Assembly (NCBI GenBank): GCA_027007025.1 | Contig: JALTFL010000004.1 | Span: forward strand, 4,773-68,772 | Length of the DNA: 64,000 nucleotides | From: Nanobdellati archaeon | GTDB taxonomy: Archaea; Nanobdellota; Nanobdellia; CSSed11-243R1 | Direction: 5' to 3' | In this document: positions 1-9,909 of the stretch, piece after piece | Layout: every line of letters begins with the position of its first letter | Position numbering within the stretch: position 1 is the stretch's first letter | The notes under the pieces: generated by a model | What the model was told of the DNA's origin: nothing | Database searches by the model: none | The model's input: the letters and a program-made list of their open reading frames with translations, nothing else | Position numbers and translations under genes: made by a program

Positions 1-159
1 AGATTCATAATCTTTTATTGATTTAAGCGCATTATCAACATTCACAATATCCCCTAACGAGTATAATTGTCAAGTGATTAAAAATTTTTCTAAAGTATAT
101 AATATACTCAGGAATATCATTGAAGATGATTAAAATGATAATAAAACAAAGAAACAAAA

Positions 160-245
160 AAAATTTCTTTCTTTAGCGCAGGTTTCTTAACACCCTTCTT
201 TAGAAAAGAAGCGCGTCCGGAAGAAAAGAAATGAAGTATAATTAA
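160..245. repeat. Hairpin-repeat region downstream of EF-1alpha; contains motif tttctttctttagcgcaggtttctt and palindrome cttcttt-aga-aaagaag
   Basis: Motif shared with 16424-16445 (inverted), 17988-18010 and 22697-22720; pyrimidine-arm/purine-arm inverted repeats read directly. Confidence 0.5.
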
Positions 246-280
246 AATAAAACACAAAGAAAAAAGAAAGAAAAGTGCAA

Positions 281-1546
281 TTAGCGCTTCACAATGTCAA
301 TTGCGAAGCCTGCACCGACTGTTTCACCCATGTCTCTTACCGCGAAGCTTGAAAGTTTTGGAATCTCGCTTCTCTTTTCAATTACCAATGGCTTCTGCGG
401 TTCAAGAACAACAACTGCTGCGTCACCAGTCTTAAGCATATCTGGGTTTTCCTGTGCTACCTGTCCTGTTCTTGGGTCAAGCTTCTGCTTCAACTCCTTG
501 AACTTGACTGGCACTTGTGTTGTATGTGCGTGCAATACAGGTGTGTAACCCTTGCTTATTGCTGTTGGGTGGTGCAAAATAACTATTTGCGCCGTGAACT
601 CCTTTGCAACTGTCGGTGGTTTCTCAACCGGACCAAGCACATCCCCTCTTTTTATCTGTTCCTTCGTGACACCACGTACGTTGAAACCAATGTTGTCACC
701 TGGCTTTGCTTCCTGCATCTGCTCATGGTGCATTTCAATTGACTTTACTTCTCCTGAAACATCTGCTGGTTCGAATATTACTTTCTGCCCGACTTTCATT
801 ACACCTGTCTCGACTCTGCCTACAGGTACTGTACCAATACCTGTGATTGAATAGACATCCTGAATTGGAAGTCTAAGTGGCAAGTCGACTGGCTTTTCTG
901 GCTCTTTAAGCGAATTAAGAGCTTCCAATATTGTTGGTCCTGTCCACCATGACATCTTGTCGCTCTTCTTCGTTACATTGTCACCTTCAAGAGCACTTAT
1001 CGGGATAAATGTAATTTCGCCTGTTTTAAAGCCGGCGGTCTTCAAGAATTTCTCAAGTTCTCCCTTCACCTTATTAAATGCATCTTCTTTGTAATCAACA
1101 GTGTCCATCTTGTTTATCGCAATTATAAACTGCTTTATACCAAGAACTTTTGCAAGAAATGCGTGTTCCTTTGTCTGTGGCTGGATTCCCTCCTTTGCTG
1201 CCACAACAAGAATTGCTGCATCTGCCTGTGCCGCACCGGTAATCATGTTTTTAATAAAGTCCCTGTGCCCTGGCGCGTCAATTATAGTAAAGTAATATTT
1301 ATCTGTCTCAAACTTCATGTGGGACAAATCTATTGTGACACCCCTTGTTCTTTCTTCACGAGTCGCGTCAAGTACATATGCGAACTCGAATGTTGATTTA
1401 CCCAAAGCTGCTGCTTCTTTCTTTAATCTATCAATATCCTGTTGTGTGATAGTACCTGTTTCGAAGAGCAACCTACCAACCAAGGTTGATTTACCATGGT
1501 CTACGTGGCCGATTACGACCAAATTTATGTGTGGTTTTGCTGCCAT
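281..1546 (-). CDS. tuf: Translation elongation factor 1-alpha (aEF-1A)
   Basis: GTPase G1 motif [18 protein letters not shown]; full-length 421 aa. Confidence 0.95.
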   Translation of the reverse strand: MAAKPHINLVVIGHVDHGKSTLVGRLLFETGTITQQDIDRLKKEAAALGKSTFEFAYVLDATREERTRGVTIDLSHMKFETDKYYFTIIDAPGHRDFIKNMITGAAQADAAILVVAAKEGIQPQTKEHAFLAKVLGIKQFIIAINKMDTVDYKEDAFNKVKGELEKFLKTAGFKTGEITFIPISALEGDNVTKKSDKMSWWTGPTILEALNSLKEPEKPVDLPLRLPIQDVYSITGIGTVPVGRVETGVMKVGQKVIFEPADVSGEVKSIEMHHEQMQEAKPGDNIGFNVRGVTKEQIKRGDVLGPVEKPPTVAKEFTAQIVILHHPTAISKGYTPVLHAHTTQVPVKFKELKQKLDPRTGQVAQENPDMLKTGDAAVVVLEPQKPLVIEKRSEIPKLSSFAVRDMGETVGAGFAIDIVKR

Positions 1547-1712
1547 TTTACATAACCTCCTAATTTTCAGTTGAATATTCTTAGAGCAACTAAATAATAA
1601 GGTTTTAAAAATATTGCGGTTATCTCAAAGCGCAAAACAATCATCAAAAGACAATTATTTTTTAATTATCTTCTTAGTAAGATTTATAAAGGGTTTTGAA
1701 TTGAAAAATGGT

Positions 1713-2153
1713 ATGGCTAATAAACCAAGAGGATTGAATGCAGGAAAAAAACTTAGACAAAGAAGGAAAAGTTTTCTGTTCGCAAAAAAAGACTTAAAGA
1801 ACATGAAGACAAAAAAATACAAGAAAACAGACCCTCTTGAAGGCTCGCCTGCAGCGAGGGGAATCATACTTCAAAAAATGGAAATAGAGGTAAAGCAGCC
1901 ACATTCAGGTTTAAGAAAGTGTGTCAAGGTTCAAGTTGCCAAAAATGGCAGAACCGTAACTGCATACGCAGGTTACGGACCCGGCGCAATAAAGTTCATA
2001 GATGAACACAACGAAGTCGTAATTGAAAGAATGGGCGCGCCACAGAGAAGAGCCTTTGGCGACATGCCGGGTGTAAAATTTAGAGTCATAAAAGTTAATG
2101 GAGTTTCAATAAACGAGCTCGTAAAGGGAAGAAAAGAAAAGCCAATGCGTTAG
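1713..2153 (+). CDS. rps12: Ribosomal protein S12 (uS12)
   Basis: MANKPRGL...PNSALRKC-like core (KQPHSGLRKCVKVQ), typical archaeal S12 length from internal ATG at 1713; ORF track start 1614 probably too far upstream. Confidence 0.85.
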   Translation: MANKPRGLNAGKKLRQRRKSFLFAKKDLKNMKTKKYKKTDPLEGSPAARGIILQKMEIEVKQPHSGLRKCVKVQVAKNGRTVTAYAGYGPGAIKFIDEHNEVVIERMGAPQRRAFGDMPGVKFRVIKVNGVSINELVKGRKEKPMR

Positions 2154-2167
2154 TAGTGTGATATAAA

Positions 2168-2764
2168 ATGGTTGAAATAAAAATGTTTGAAAAGTATGAT
2201 ATGAACATCGAAGTAATGGACCCTGGATTGAAAAGCTCCATAAACTTGAAACCTCTTTTTGTTCCTCAAACCTTTGGGAGACACGCAAGCCAAAGGTTCG
2301 CAAAAAGCAACGTCAATATTGTCGAAAGATTCATGAACAAGCTCATGTCACCTGGACACAAAGGAAAGAAGCACTGGAGGACAAGCGAGTTCAATTCCGG
2401 AAAGTCGCAGACTGTATATAATATTACCAAAAAAACATTTGAGATAATTGAAAAACAGACAGGCAAAAACCCTGTTGAAGTTCTTGTAAGGGCTGTCGAA
2501 AACTCGGCGCCAAGAGACGAAGTAACAGTAATTGAAATGGGTGGAATCAGAGTTCCAAAGCAGGTTGACACTTCCCCCCAAAGGAGAGTTGACTTGGCGT
2601 TAAGGTGGATAACGCAGGGTGCGTTTCAGGCAGTGGCGGACAAAAAAGTCCCAATCGAGAAAGGATTAGCAAACGAAATAATCGCTGCAAGCAAGGAAGA
2701 CCAGAAATCATTCGCGTTGTCAAAGAAAGTCGAAGTCGAAAGGCAAGCGGCAGCTTCAAGGTAA
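2168..2764 (+). CDS. rps7: Ribosomal protein S7 (uS7)
   Basis: Immediately follows S12 as in the conserved S12-S7 operon; S7-like length and composition. Confidence 0.85.
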   Translation: MVEIKMFEKYDMNIEVMDPGLKSSINLKPLFVPQTFGRHASQRFAKSNVNIVERFMNKLMSPGHKGKKHWRTSEFNSGKSQTVYNITKKTFEIIEKQTGKNPVEVLVRAVENSAPRDEVTVIEMGGIRVPKQVDTSPQRRVDLALRWITQGAFQAVADKKVPIEKGLANEIIAASKEDQKSFALSKKVEVERQAAASR

Positions 2765-2898
2765 TCTTTTTCTTAAGAAGAAAAAGCTTAACCAAAAAGA
2801 AATTTTTCTCTTAGTTAGCCCGTGTCCAACGAGGCTTTGTTCGGCACAAGCAACAAAGTCACTCTGTTTTTTCTAAAGAAAAAGTGGGTAGGCAATTA

Positions 2899-3492
2899 TT
2901 ATTTTTTAAACATTTCTCTCGTACGTTGAATATCTTCCTTGGTTATATTACTCAAAACATTGTCGTAATAACTAATTGCCTTATAATTACCATCTAATGT
3001 TGGGAAAGAATAAATCAAAGGCAATATACCTTCATTATCCCATTCCTTCTTATTGAGCATATGTGTAACATATTCTAACGACTCAACACCAAGTTGATAT
3101 ACTCTTTTAACACCATCTCCTTCTAGGTCTATATTCATACCTCTTGTAACTCCGCTGACAAGTCTAATATATGATAACAAAAAAGGAAGTACATCATCCC
3201 TCTCTGTGTTATAGAATATTTTTGCAAGTGAGGAATAAGATTCTCCACAAGTTAGTAAGGATATTAATTCAGTGGTTTCTGTTAGCAAACTTCTTCCATC
3301 ATTAAGCATAAATTCATAAGTTTTTATTTCATCAATTCTATATTTTTCAGCACCAGAATAGTCTTTTCTCCTTACTAATTGACTCGCGGTGCTGCCAATT
3401 CGATTAACTCTACTAAAAAATTCTTTACCCCATAAAGGTATGTCTGAAAAAAGAGAGTCATCAAACTCAAACCCACTACTTTCACTACTCAT
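2899..3492 (-). CDS. Hypothetical protein, start abuts pyrG stop
   Basis: 197-aa ORF with no recognisable motif; start at 3492 directly adjoins pyrG at 3493. Confidence 0.4.
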   Translation of the reverse strand: MSSESSGFEFDDSLFSDIPLWGKEFFSRVNRIGSTASQLVRRKDYSGAEKYRIDEIKTYEFMLNDGRSLLTETTELISLLTCGESYSSLAKIFYNTERDDVLPFLLSYIRLVSGVTRGMNIDLEGDGVKRVYQLGVESLEYVTHMLNKKEWDNEGILPLIYSFPTLDGNYKAISYYDNVLSNITKEDIQRTREMFKK

Positions 3493-5127
3493 CTACAGCA
3501 CCTTTTGTTGGGGCATCTGCAAGCAAGATTTCACAAATCCCTTGAAAAGAGGCGACGGACTTTCAAAGCGCGAGTGGAATTCAGGGTGCGCCTGCGTCGC
3601 CACAAAGAATCTCTTGTCCGGCAGCTCAAGAAATTCCATCAACGTCTTGTCAGGAGAAGTTCCTGAGAAAATCAACCCACATTTTTCTAATTGTTCAATA
3701 TACTCAGGATTAACCTCGTATCTGTGCCTGTGTCTTTCGGAAACAAATTCTTCACCGTAAAGCTCGCGGACTTTTGTTCCCTCTTTGAGAACTGCAGGAT
3801 AAGCGCCAAGCCTCATGGTTGCGCCGTACTGTTTGAGCTTGATTAACTCCTTCTGCTCTGGCATGAAGTCTATAACTGGATATGGTGTGTTTGGGTCGTT
3901 CTCTGTCGTGTTTGCGCCGTCCATTCCGCATACGTCACGCGCGAACTCAATTACCGCCATCTGCATGCCATAACAGAGCCCTAGAAACGGAATGTTATTC
4001 TCACGGCAGAATTTTATAGTTTTTATTATCCCTTCCGTTCCGCTCTTGCCGAACCCACCAGGAACAATTATCCCATCATATTTTCTTAAAATATCTATCC
4101 CTTCATCTTCTATTTTTGTTGACTGTATCTGCTCAATAATAGGTTTTACCTTAAGATTTGCTGCTGCATGCTTGATTGCCTCAAGGACAGATATATAAAC
4201 ATCCTTATGTTCAGAGTTGCCGTATGAAACATATTTTCCAACAACCCCTATTTTCACAACCTTATCTGCACCTTTCATGTTATCAACTAAATCTTTCCAT
4301 TTTTGCAAATCCACTTCTTTTGGTTCTAACCCAAACTTCGAAAGGATTTTCCTGCCAAACTTCTGGTCCTTGAAAACAAGAGGAACTTCATAAACAGTTT
4401 CACAATCCGGGTCCTCAATAACATTACCTTTGTCTATAAAACACTGCTTAGAGATTTTCTCCTTGCGCGGGTCGTCCAATCTTCTGTCACTGCGCGTAAT
4501 GATAAAATCCGGAACAATACCCGTCGCCCTTAGTAATGCAGCTGCTTGCTGCGTCGGCTTTGTTTTTAATTCGCCAACATTTTTCAAAAATGGGAGATAA
4601 GTAACAAGAAGGTAAATTGACGGTATCTCCCTGCCAAGCTCTCTCGCGGCATAAAGAAAAACTTCATTTTGAATATCCCCTGTCGTACCACCTATTTCCA
4701 CAAGCACAAAATCATTGTCCTCTTCGACTGCACGTATCCTATCTTTAATCTCATTAATTATATCGGGAATTACCTCAGCGTTCTTTCCGTTGTAACCCAA
4801 CGCTCTTTCTCTGTTTATAACTGAAAGATAAATCTGCCCAGTTGTGATATTATTCCTTTTCGGAAGATTTTTGTTAAGAAATCTCTCATAGTTTCCCAAA
4901 TCCTGGTCAATCTCTCCGCCATCTTCAGTTACCCAAACCTCACCATGTTCTGTGGGGCGCATTGTTCCTGCATCTATGTTAATATAAGGATCGATTTTAA
5001 CTGCTGTAACTTTATACCCATAACTTTGGAGCAATTTACCAATAGAAGATGTGACAATCCCCTTACCAAGCCCAGAAAGAACGCCACCAATTATAAAAAT
5101 AAATTTTGCACCCATGTAGAGCATCAA
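3493..5127 (-). CDS. pyrG: CTP synthase
   Basis: N-terminal FIFIIGGVLSGLGKG synthetase P-loop, C-terminal glutamine amidotransferase region with GLCYGMQ catalytic Cys motif. Confidence 0.9.
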   Translation of the reverse strand: MMLYMGAKFIFIIGGVLSGLGKGIVTSSIGKLLQSYGYKVTAVKIDPYINIDAGTMRPTEHGEVWVTEDGGEIDQDLGNYERFLNKNLPKRNNITTGQIYLSVINRERALGYNGKNAEVIPDIINEIKDRIRAVEEDNDFVLVEIGGTTGDIQNEVFLYAARELGREIPSIYLLVTYLPFLKNVGELKTKPTQQAAALLRATGIVPDFIITRSDRRLDDPRKEKISKQCFIDKGNVIEDPDCETVYEVPLVFKDQKFGRKILSKFGLEPKEVDLQKWKDLVDNMKGADKVVKIGVVGKYVSYGNSEHKDVYISVLEAIKHAAANLKVKPIIEQIQSTKIEDEGIDILRKYDGIIVPGGFGKSGTEGIIKTIKFCRENNIPFLGLCYGMQMAVIEFARDVCGMDGANTTENDPNTPYPVIDFMPEQKELIKLKQYGATMRLGAYPAVLKEGTKVRELYGEEFVSERHRHRYEVNPEYIEQLEKCGLIFSGTSPDKTLMEFLELPDKRFFVATQAHPEFHSRFESPSPLFKGFVKSCLQMPQQKVL

Positions 5128-5226
5128 TTTATTTGCATATTAAAAAGTTTATTGTAGTATATTTATCACTACTATTAAGAGAAAAGATTTATAAAACAAA
5201 CATCCATTGAAAAAGAAGGTGCTAAC

Positions 5227-5796
5227 ATGATAAGATATTTTGAAGATTTTTTAGAAAATGAAATTAACACTCCAAAAAAATTTGGAATTGCGATGTATTT
5301 CCAAAGAGAAGTAGTAAAAAGAGGAAAATTTGGAAGGGATGAATATTTGGATTACACAAAGTTTATATCAAATCTGTCCAAAGAAAATAATATTAAAATA
5401 GCTTCTATTTTGAACTCAGAAAGTGATTGCGCAAAAGTACAAATAGTTTCAACAAGCATAGATGAATTGTTTGACAACAAAGACAGATTACAAAAAGTCT
5501 TCGAAGAAAAAGGGATACCTCATGAAGATTACATGGACATAATACTTGACCAAGACGGGATACCCATCAATTTGTCAGAGGGGCACAATCTCAAAGAAAG
5601 AGAATTGTTTAGTTCTTACCTTAGAGATGAACATGAAATTAATGTAGTGATTTATGGGAAAAACACATTTAGAGTTAACATAAACAGGGACAAGCAAGTA
5701 ATTCGAGCAATAATTTCGGCGCTCGAAGAGGTTAGATTATATGCAAAAGTAAAAAGAGCGATTCCACTTCCTGATTATTTCAATAGTAATCTTTAA
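5227..5796 (+). CDS. Hypothetical protein
   Basis: 189-aa ORF, no recognisable motif. Confidence 0.4.
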   Translation: MIRYFEDFLENEINTPKKFGIAMYFQREVVKRGKFGRDEYLDYTKFISNLSKENNIKIASILNSESDCAKVQIVSTSIDELFDNKDRLQKVFEEKGIPHEDYMDIILDQDGIPINLSEGHNLKERELFSSYLRDEHEINVVIYGKNTFRVNINRDKQVIRAIISALEEVRLYAKVKRAIPLPDYFNSNL

Positions 5797-5851
5797 AAAT
5801 AAAACTTATTTTGTTTCTTTATCAATTATTAAAATTAGTTAAGGTGATATT

Positions 5852-8026
5852 TTGGCAGAAAAAGAATCAATGCTCGAAAAAGTAAAAAAAGCTATGTGGC
5901 ACAAAGAAAGAATCAGAAATATAGGTGTAATAGCACATATCGACCACGGTAAGACAACAACAACGGACACTTTGCTTGCAGGCGCAGGTATGATTTCTTA
6001 TGAGGTTGCGACGCACGCCATGGTAACAGACTTCAAGCAGGTAGAACAAGAAAGAGGTATCACCGTCCAATCTGCCGATGTAAACATGGTACACACCTAC
6101 AAAGGTGAGGATTATTTAATCAATCTCATAGACACACCGGGGCACGTAGACTTTGGAGGAGACGTAACGAGGGCAATCCGTGCTATAGATGGGGCGCTTG
6201 TTTTGGCAGACGCCGCAGAAGGTGTCATGCCGCAGACGGAAACAGTTCTAAGACAGGCGTTGAGAGAAAAAGTAAAGCCTGTCCTTTTCATAAACAAATC
6301 CGACAGACTTATTTCAGAATTGAGGCTTACGCCTGACAAAATTCAAGAACAATTCCTAAAAATAATCTCTGACGTAAACAAATTAATCAAAGACTTAGCA
6401 CCTGAAGGATTCAAAGACAAGTGGCAGGTTAACGTCCAGGAAGGTAGCGTGGTTTTTGGAAGCGCCATGGATAAGTGGGCGCTTTCGTTCCCAATAATGA
6501 AAGAAACCGGAATTTCATTCAAAGACGTCGTTGATGCATATCAAAAAGGAGATGAAGGTGTAAAAGAATTCGCTAAAAAAGTTCCTGTTCATGTTGCCAT
6601 ATTAGATATGATTGTAAAACATTTGCCAAGTCCAGTCGAAGCCCAAAAATATAGGGTTGGAGCAATATGGCACGGCGACGTGAATTCCGAAGTTGGAAAA
6701 GCGTTAATGTCTTGCGATGAAAAAGGCCCATTGGTTATGGCTATCTCAAAAGTTGTTATGGATACCCATGCAGGGGAAATCGCTATAGCAAGAGTTTACT
6801 CTGGAACTCTTCACAGAGGAGACCAAGTTTATTTGACAGATGGAAGCCAGTCAAAGGCACAGCAGATTTACATATGGAAAGGACCTCACAAATACACAGT
6901 AGATGATGTACCCGCTGGAAACATCGTGGGTGTAGTCGGACTAAGAGGTGTTAGTTCAGGAGATACTGTTTCAACAATAAAGGGTATTGAACCATTCGAA
7001 AAAATCAAACATATATTTGAACCCGTAGTTACAAAAGCTTTCGAAGCCAAAAATCCAAAAGATTTGAATAAACTTATCGAAGCGTTAAAGAACAAAAGCA
7101 GAGAAGACCCGACACTCAAAGTAGAAATTAACGAAGAGACAGGAGAGCATCTCGTTTCTGGACTTGGTGAGTTGCACCTTGAAATTATTGAGGATGACTT
7201 GCGACGAGAGATGGGGCTAGATATAAAAACATCACCACCAATAGTCGTTTACAGAGAATCAGTTTCAAAACTCTCGCCGACAGTAGAGGGAAAATCCCCA
7301 AACAAGCACAACAAATTCCTTATGACTGTTGAACCTCTTCCAGACAAGGTATTTCAGATGATTGAAGATGGAGAAATACCAGAAGTCAAGCCAAGAAAGA
7401 AGGACGAAGAATTGTTCAAGAAACTTCAGGAAGCAGGGTTCACAAGGGATGACTCGAAGCGTGTGAAAGACATCTTCAACGGCTCGATATTGATAGACAA
7501 CACACATGGTATTGTCCACATCAACGAAGTAATAGAAATGGTAATCAGCGCATTTGAAGAAGTAATGAAAGCAGGACCTGTAGCAAAGGAACCTTGTATG
7601 AAAGTACTTGTTAGACTTGTGGATACAACCCTTCACGAAGATGCAATTCACAGAGGACCAGCACAAGTAATACCTGCAGTGAGAGAAGCAATAAGACAAG
7701 CAATGCTCCAGGCAGACCCAATATTGTACGAGCCTGTGCAGACAATTAGAATAGACTCACCGGCACAATTTATGGGTTCAATAAGCAAGATAATCCAAAG
7801 CAGAAGAGGGCAATTAATTGACATGCAGCAGGAAGGAGAGTCCATAATCGTAAAGGCGAAGCTTCCAGTAGCGGAGATGTTCGGTTTCACTGACTCCCTA
7901 AGAAGCGAAACAGAAGGAAGGGCATTTTGGTTCCTCGTGAACTCCCAGTTCGAGAAACTGTCAAGGTCGCTTCAAGCAGCAGTGATAAAGAAAATTAGGG
8001 AAAGAAAAGGACTAAAAACAGAGTAA
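5852..8026 (+). CDS. fusA: Translation elongation factor 2 (aEF-2)
   Basis: AHIDHGKTT, DTPGH, NKSDR GTPase motifs; C-terminal diphthamide-loop region DAIHRGPAQVIP. Confidence 0.95.
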   Translation: MAEKESMLEKVKKAMWHKERIRNIGVIAHIDHGKTTTTDTLLAGAGMISYEVATHAMVTDFKQVEQERGITVQSADVNMVHTYKGEDYLINLIDTPGHVDFGGDVTRAIRAIDGALVLADAAEGVMPQTETVLRQALREKVKPVLFINKSDRLISELRLTPDKIQEQFLKIISDVNKLIKDLAPEGFKDKWQVNVQEGSVVFGSAMDKWALSFPIMKETGISFKDVVDAYQKGDEGVKEFAKKVPVHVAILDMIVKHLPSPVEAQKYRVGAIWHGDVNSEVGKALMSCDEKGPLVMAISKVVMDTHAGEIAIARVYSGTLHRGDQVYLTDGSQSKAQQIYIWKGPHKYTVDDVPAGNIVGVVGLRGVSSGDTVSTIKGIEPFEKIKHIFEPVVTKAFEAKNPKDLNKLIEALKNKSREDPTLKVEINEETGEHLVSGLGELHLEIIEDDLRREMGLDIKTSPPIVVYRESVSKLSPTVEGKSPNKHNKFLMTVEPLPDKVFQMIEDGEIPEVKPRKKDEELFKKLQEAGFTRDDSKRVKDIFNGSILIDNTHGIVHINEVIEMVISAFEEVMKAGPVAKEPCMKVLVRLVDTTLHEDAIHRGPAQVIPAVREAIRQAMLQADPILYEPVQTIRIDSPAQFMGSISKIIQSRRGQLIDMQQEGESIIVKAKLPVAEMFGFTDSLRSETEGRAFWFLVNSQFEKLSRSLQAAVIKKIRERKGLKTE

Positions 8027-8073
8027 ACTTTTTCTCTTTTTATTTAAATTTTTGATTTCAAATAACAGAAGTA

Positions 8074-8511
8074 TTAATTTTGAGACGATTGAAGAATAAC
8101 TTCATCAATGCCAAAGTATTTTTTAGCTAATTCTCTAACGTTCTTAAGCTTTGATTTAACCATGCCAAGTTTTTCCCTTGATGGAGAGATGTAAAGAACT
8201 TTCGTGCCGTCAGATTTTTCGGCGACATATACATTGTTCAACTTCGCCGGCCTAAGCAAATTCGCGGCAAACTTTAGGGGGTCGCTTGAAAATTCAAGTA
8301 TTTCAATCCTTTTTTTCATCTTATCACTGAAGCGCTTTATGTTAATCCCACCTTTTCCTATCGCTATGCCTGCCTGTCCTTCCGCAACAATAAATGTGAT
8401 TTTGTCCTTGTCTTTGTTGACTATACAGTCCTTTACAGACGCACCTGTCAAGTTTTCAAAAGAAGTTATAAGTCCAATATCCTCAATAGACAATTTAATT
8501 TTATTCGCCAT
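8074..8511 (-). CDS. nusA: Archaeal NusA-like KH-domain protein
   Basis: KH-type GxxG motif (GIAIGKGGINIKR); position next to L30e and rpoA''. Confidence 0.8.
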   Translation of the reverse strand: MANKIKLSIEDIGLITSFENLTGASVKDCIVNKDKDKITFIVAEGQAGIAIGKGGINIKRFSDKMKKRIEILEFSSDPLKFAANLLRPAKLNNVYVAEKSDGTKVLYISPSREKLGMVKSKLKNVRELAKKYFGIDEVILQSSQN

Positions 8512-8794
8512 TTTTACTTTCCTTCAGAAGAGCAGCCACCAAAATTGGATGGGCACGCTTGCATTTTATCCCTAAATCCTTGCTTGTTCCACTGAATTTC
8601 TTAAGCTCCACGCCTGCAAGTTCTGAGTAATGAATCAAATCATTGACTAACTGCTCTGGAGCATTTGAAGAGAAAACAACTTCCTTAGCGTTCCCCATCT
8701 TCAACGCCTTTAAGACACTTTTTGAACCAAAGGTAACTTTTTTTGTTTCCAACATCTTGATAAATTCCGATGATAAGTCTTTTATTTCTATCAT
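8501..8794 (-). CDS. rpl30e: Ribosomal protein L30e (eL30)
   Basis: About 97 aa, L30e-like core; conserved position between rpoA'' and nusA. Confidence 0.8.
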   Translation of the reverse strand: MIEIKDLSSEFIKMLETKKVTFGSKSVLKALKMGNAKEVVFSSNAPEQLVNDLIHYSELAGVELKKFSGTSKDLGIKCKRAHPILVAALLKESKNGE

Positions 8795-9909
8795 TTCTCT
8801 TCCTCCTTCTTAACCTTAAGGTTGACAATTCCTGTCCCGACAGGAATAGGCTGATTAATCATCACATTTTCCACAACGCTTGTTAAATTGTCAACTTCCG
8901 CTGAAACCGCCGCGTGGAACAGATGCTTCAACGGCACCTCGAAGCTCGCCCTTGCCAAAACAGAAGCTTTTCCTCCGCTGACACCATAACGCCCAATTCC
9001 TTTTATAGTTCCTTCGTATGTCATAACATCTGAAACCAGCATTATGTGTCTTGGATCCACTTCAATACCCTGGTTGTTCAGGACATTAAGAGTTTCTTCA
9101 ATTATGACTTCGCGGGCTGCCTCAACGCCAAAAACGCTAAGAACTTCAAATATATTATTTGTTGTTGTATTCTCAATATCAACTTCGGGAAGTCGAAGAA
9201 TATCCTTCAAGTTGGAACCTGCCGTTTTGATTATCCATCTATCTCCCTGCTTCATTGGAAGAACTTGTTTGATACCATCAATTCCACCAACATGAATCCC
9301 CTTGAGTTTAACTTTAAGCTTGTAAATTTGTTTTATATCCACATCTTCGCCTTTTGGCTTTATGTTTATCTTGTACGAGCCGGTTGTTATCTTATACCCC
9401 TTAAACTCCTCAGAGATTATCTTTTGTATCTTCTTTTCAGTCAAATGGTACTTCCTCAAAATCTCAGGGTTTAGTTCCACTTCAACCCTCATCCTAAGCA
9501 AGTCAACATCAATTGATTTTATTACGTCGTCAAGCTTTATTTCCAAAATTTTAAAGGCAATATCCTCAACTTTCTTCTCGCTTGTGGCATAGGATGGCTT
9601 AAGATATACAATCATTGATGGTGTGCTTGGTTCTCTCTTTGCATCGAAGATTTCAATCATACGCGGCAAACCCTGTGTAACTGTCATCTCCATAGCTCCC
9701 GCAAGCCATTTCGTACGCAAGGTAAGCTGTGTACCTGGCTCACCGATGGACTGTGCAGCAACCACACCAACCGCTTCTCCCGGATCAATTAATGACTTTT
9801 CATATTGCTTCTCAGCGATTTTTCTGAGTTTCTCTACTTGTGCCTTATTAAGTTTAAGGGTTTCCTTAAGTTCTTTTAATTGTTCGTCTACAGATTGAGG
9901 GAATATCAT
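8791..9909 (-). CDS. rpoA2: DNA-directed RNA polymerase subunit A''
   Basis: [20 protein letters not shown] motif; follows rpoA'. Confidence 0.9.
   Translation of the reverse strand: MIFPQSVDEQLKELKETLKLNKAQVEKLRKIAEKQYEKSLIDPGEAVGVVAAQSIGEPGTQLTLRTKWLAGAMEMTVTQGLPRMIEIFDAKREPSTPSMIVYLKPSYATSEKKVEDIAFKILEIKLDDVIKSIDVDLLRMRVEVELNPEILRKYHLTEKKIQKIISEEFKGYKITTGSYKINIKPKGEDVDIKQIYKLKVKLKGIHVGGIDGIKQVLPMKQGDRWIIKTAGSNLKDILRLPEVDIENTTTNNIFEVLSVFGVEAAREVIIEETLNVLNNQGIEVDPRHIMLVSDVMTYEGTIKGIGRYGVSGGKASVLARASFEVPLKHLFHAAVSAEVDNLTSVVENVMINQPIPVGTGIVNLKVKKEEEK

Noticed and set aside
1614-1712. N-terminal 33-codon extension of the S12 ORF
   Set aside because: The extension is hydrophobic and AT-rich and not S12-like; the internal ATG at 1713 gives a canonical S12 N-terminus
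7900-7990. EF-2 diphthamide loop reads HRGPAQ rather than the eukaryotic HRGGGQ
   Set aside because: The target His is present and I believe the Pro-Ala variant is the usual archaeal form, so I do not treat it as evidence for loss of diphthamide modification; this could be confirmed by alignment
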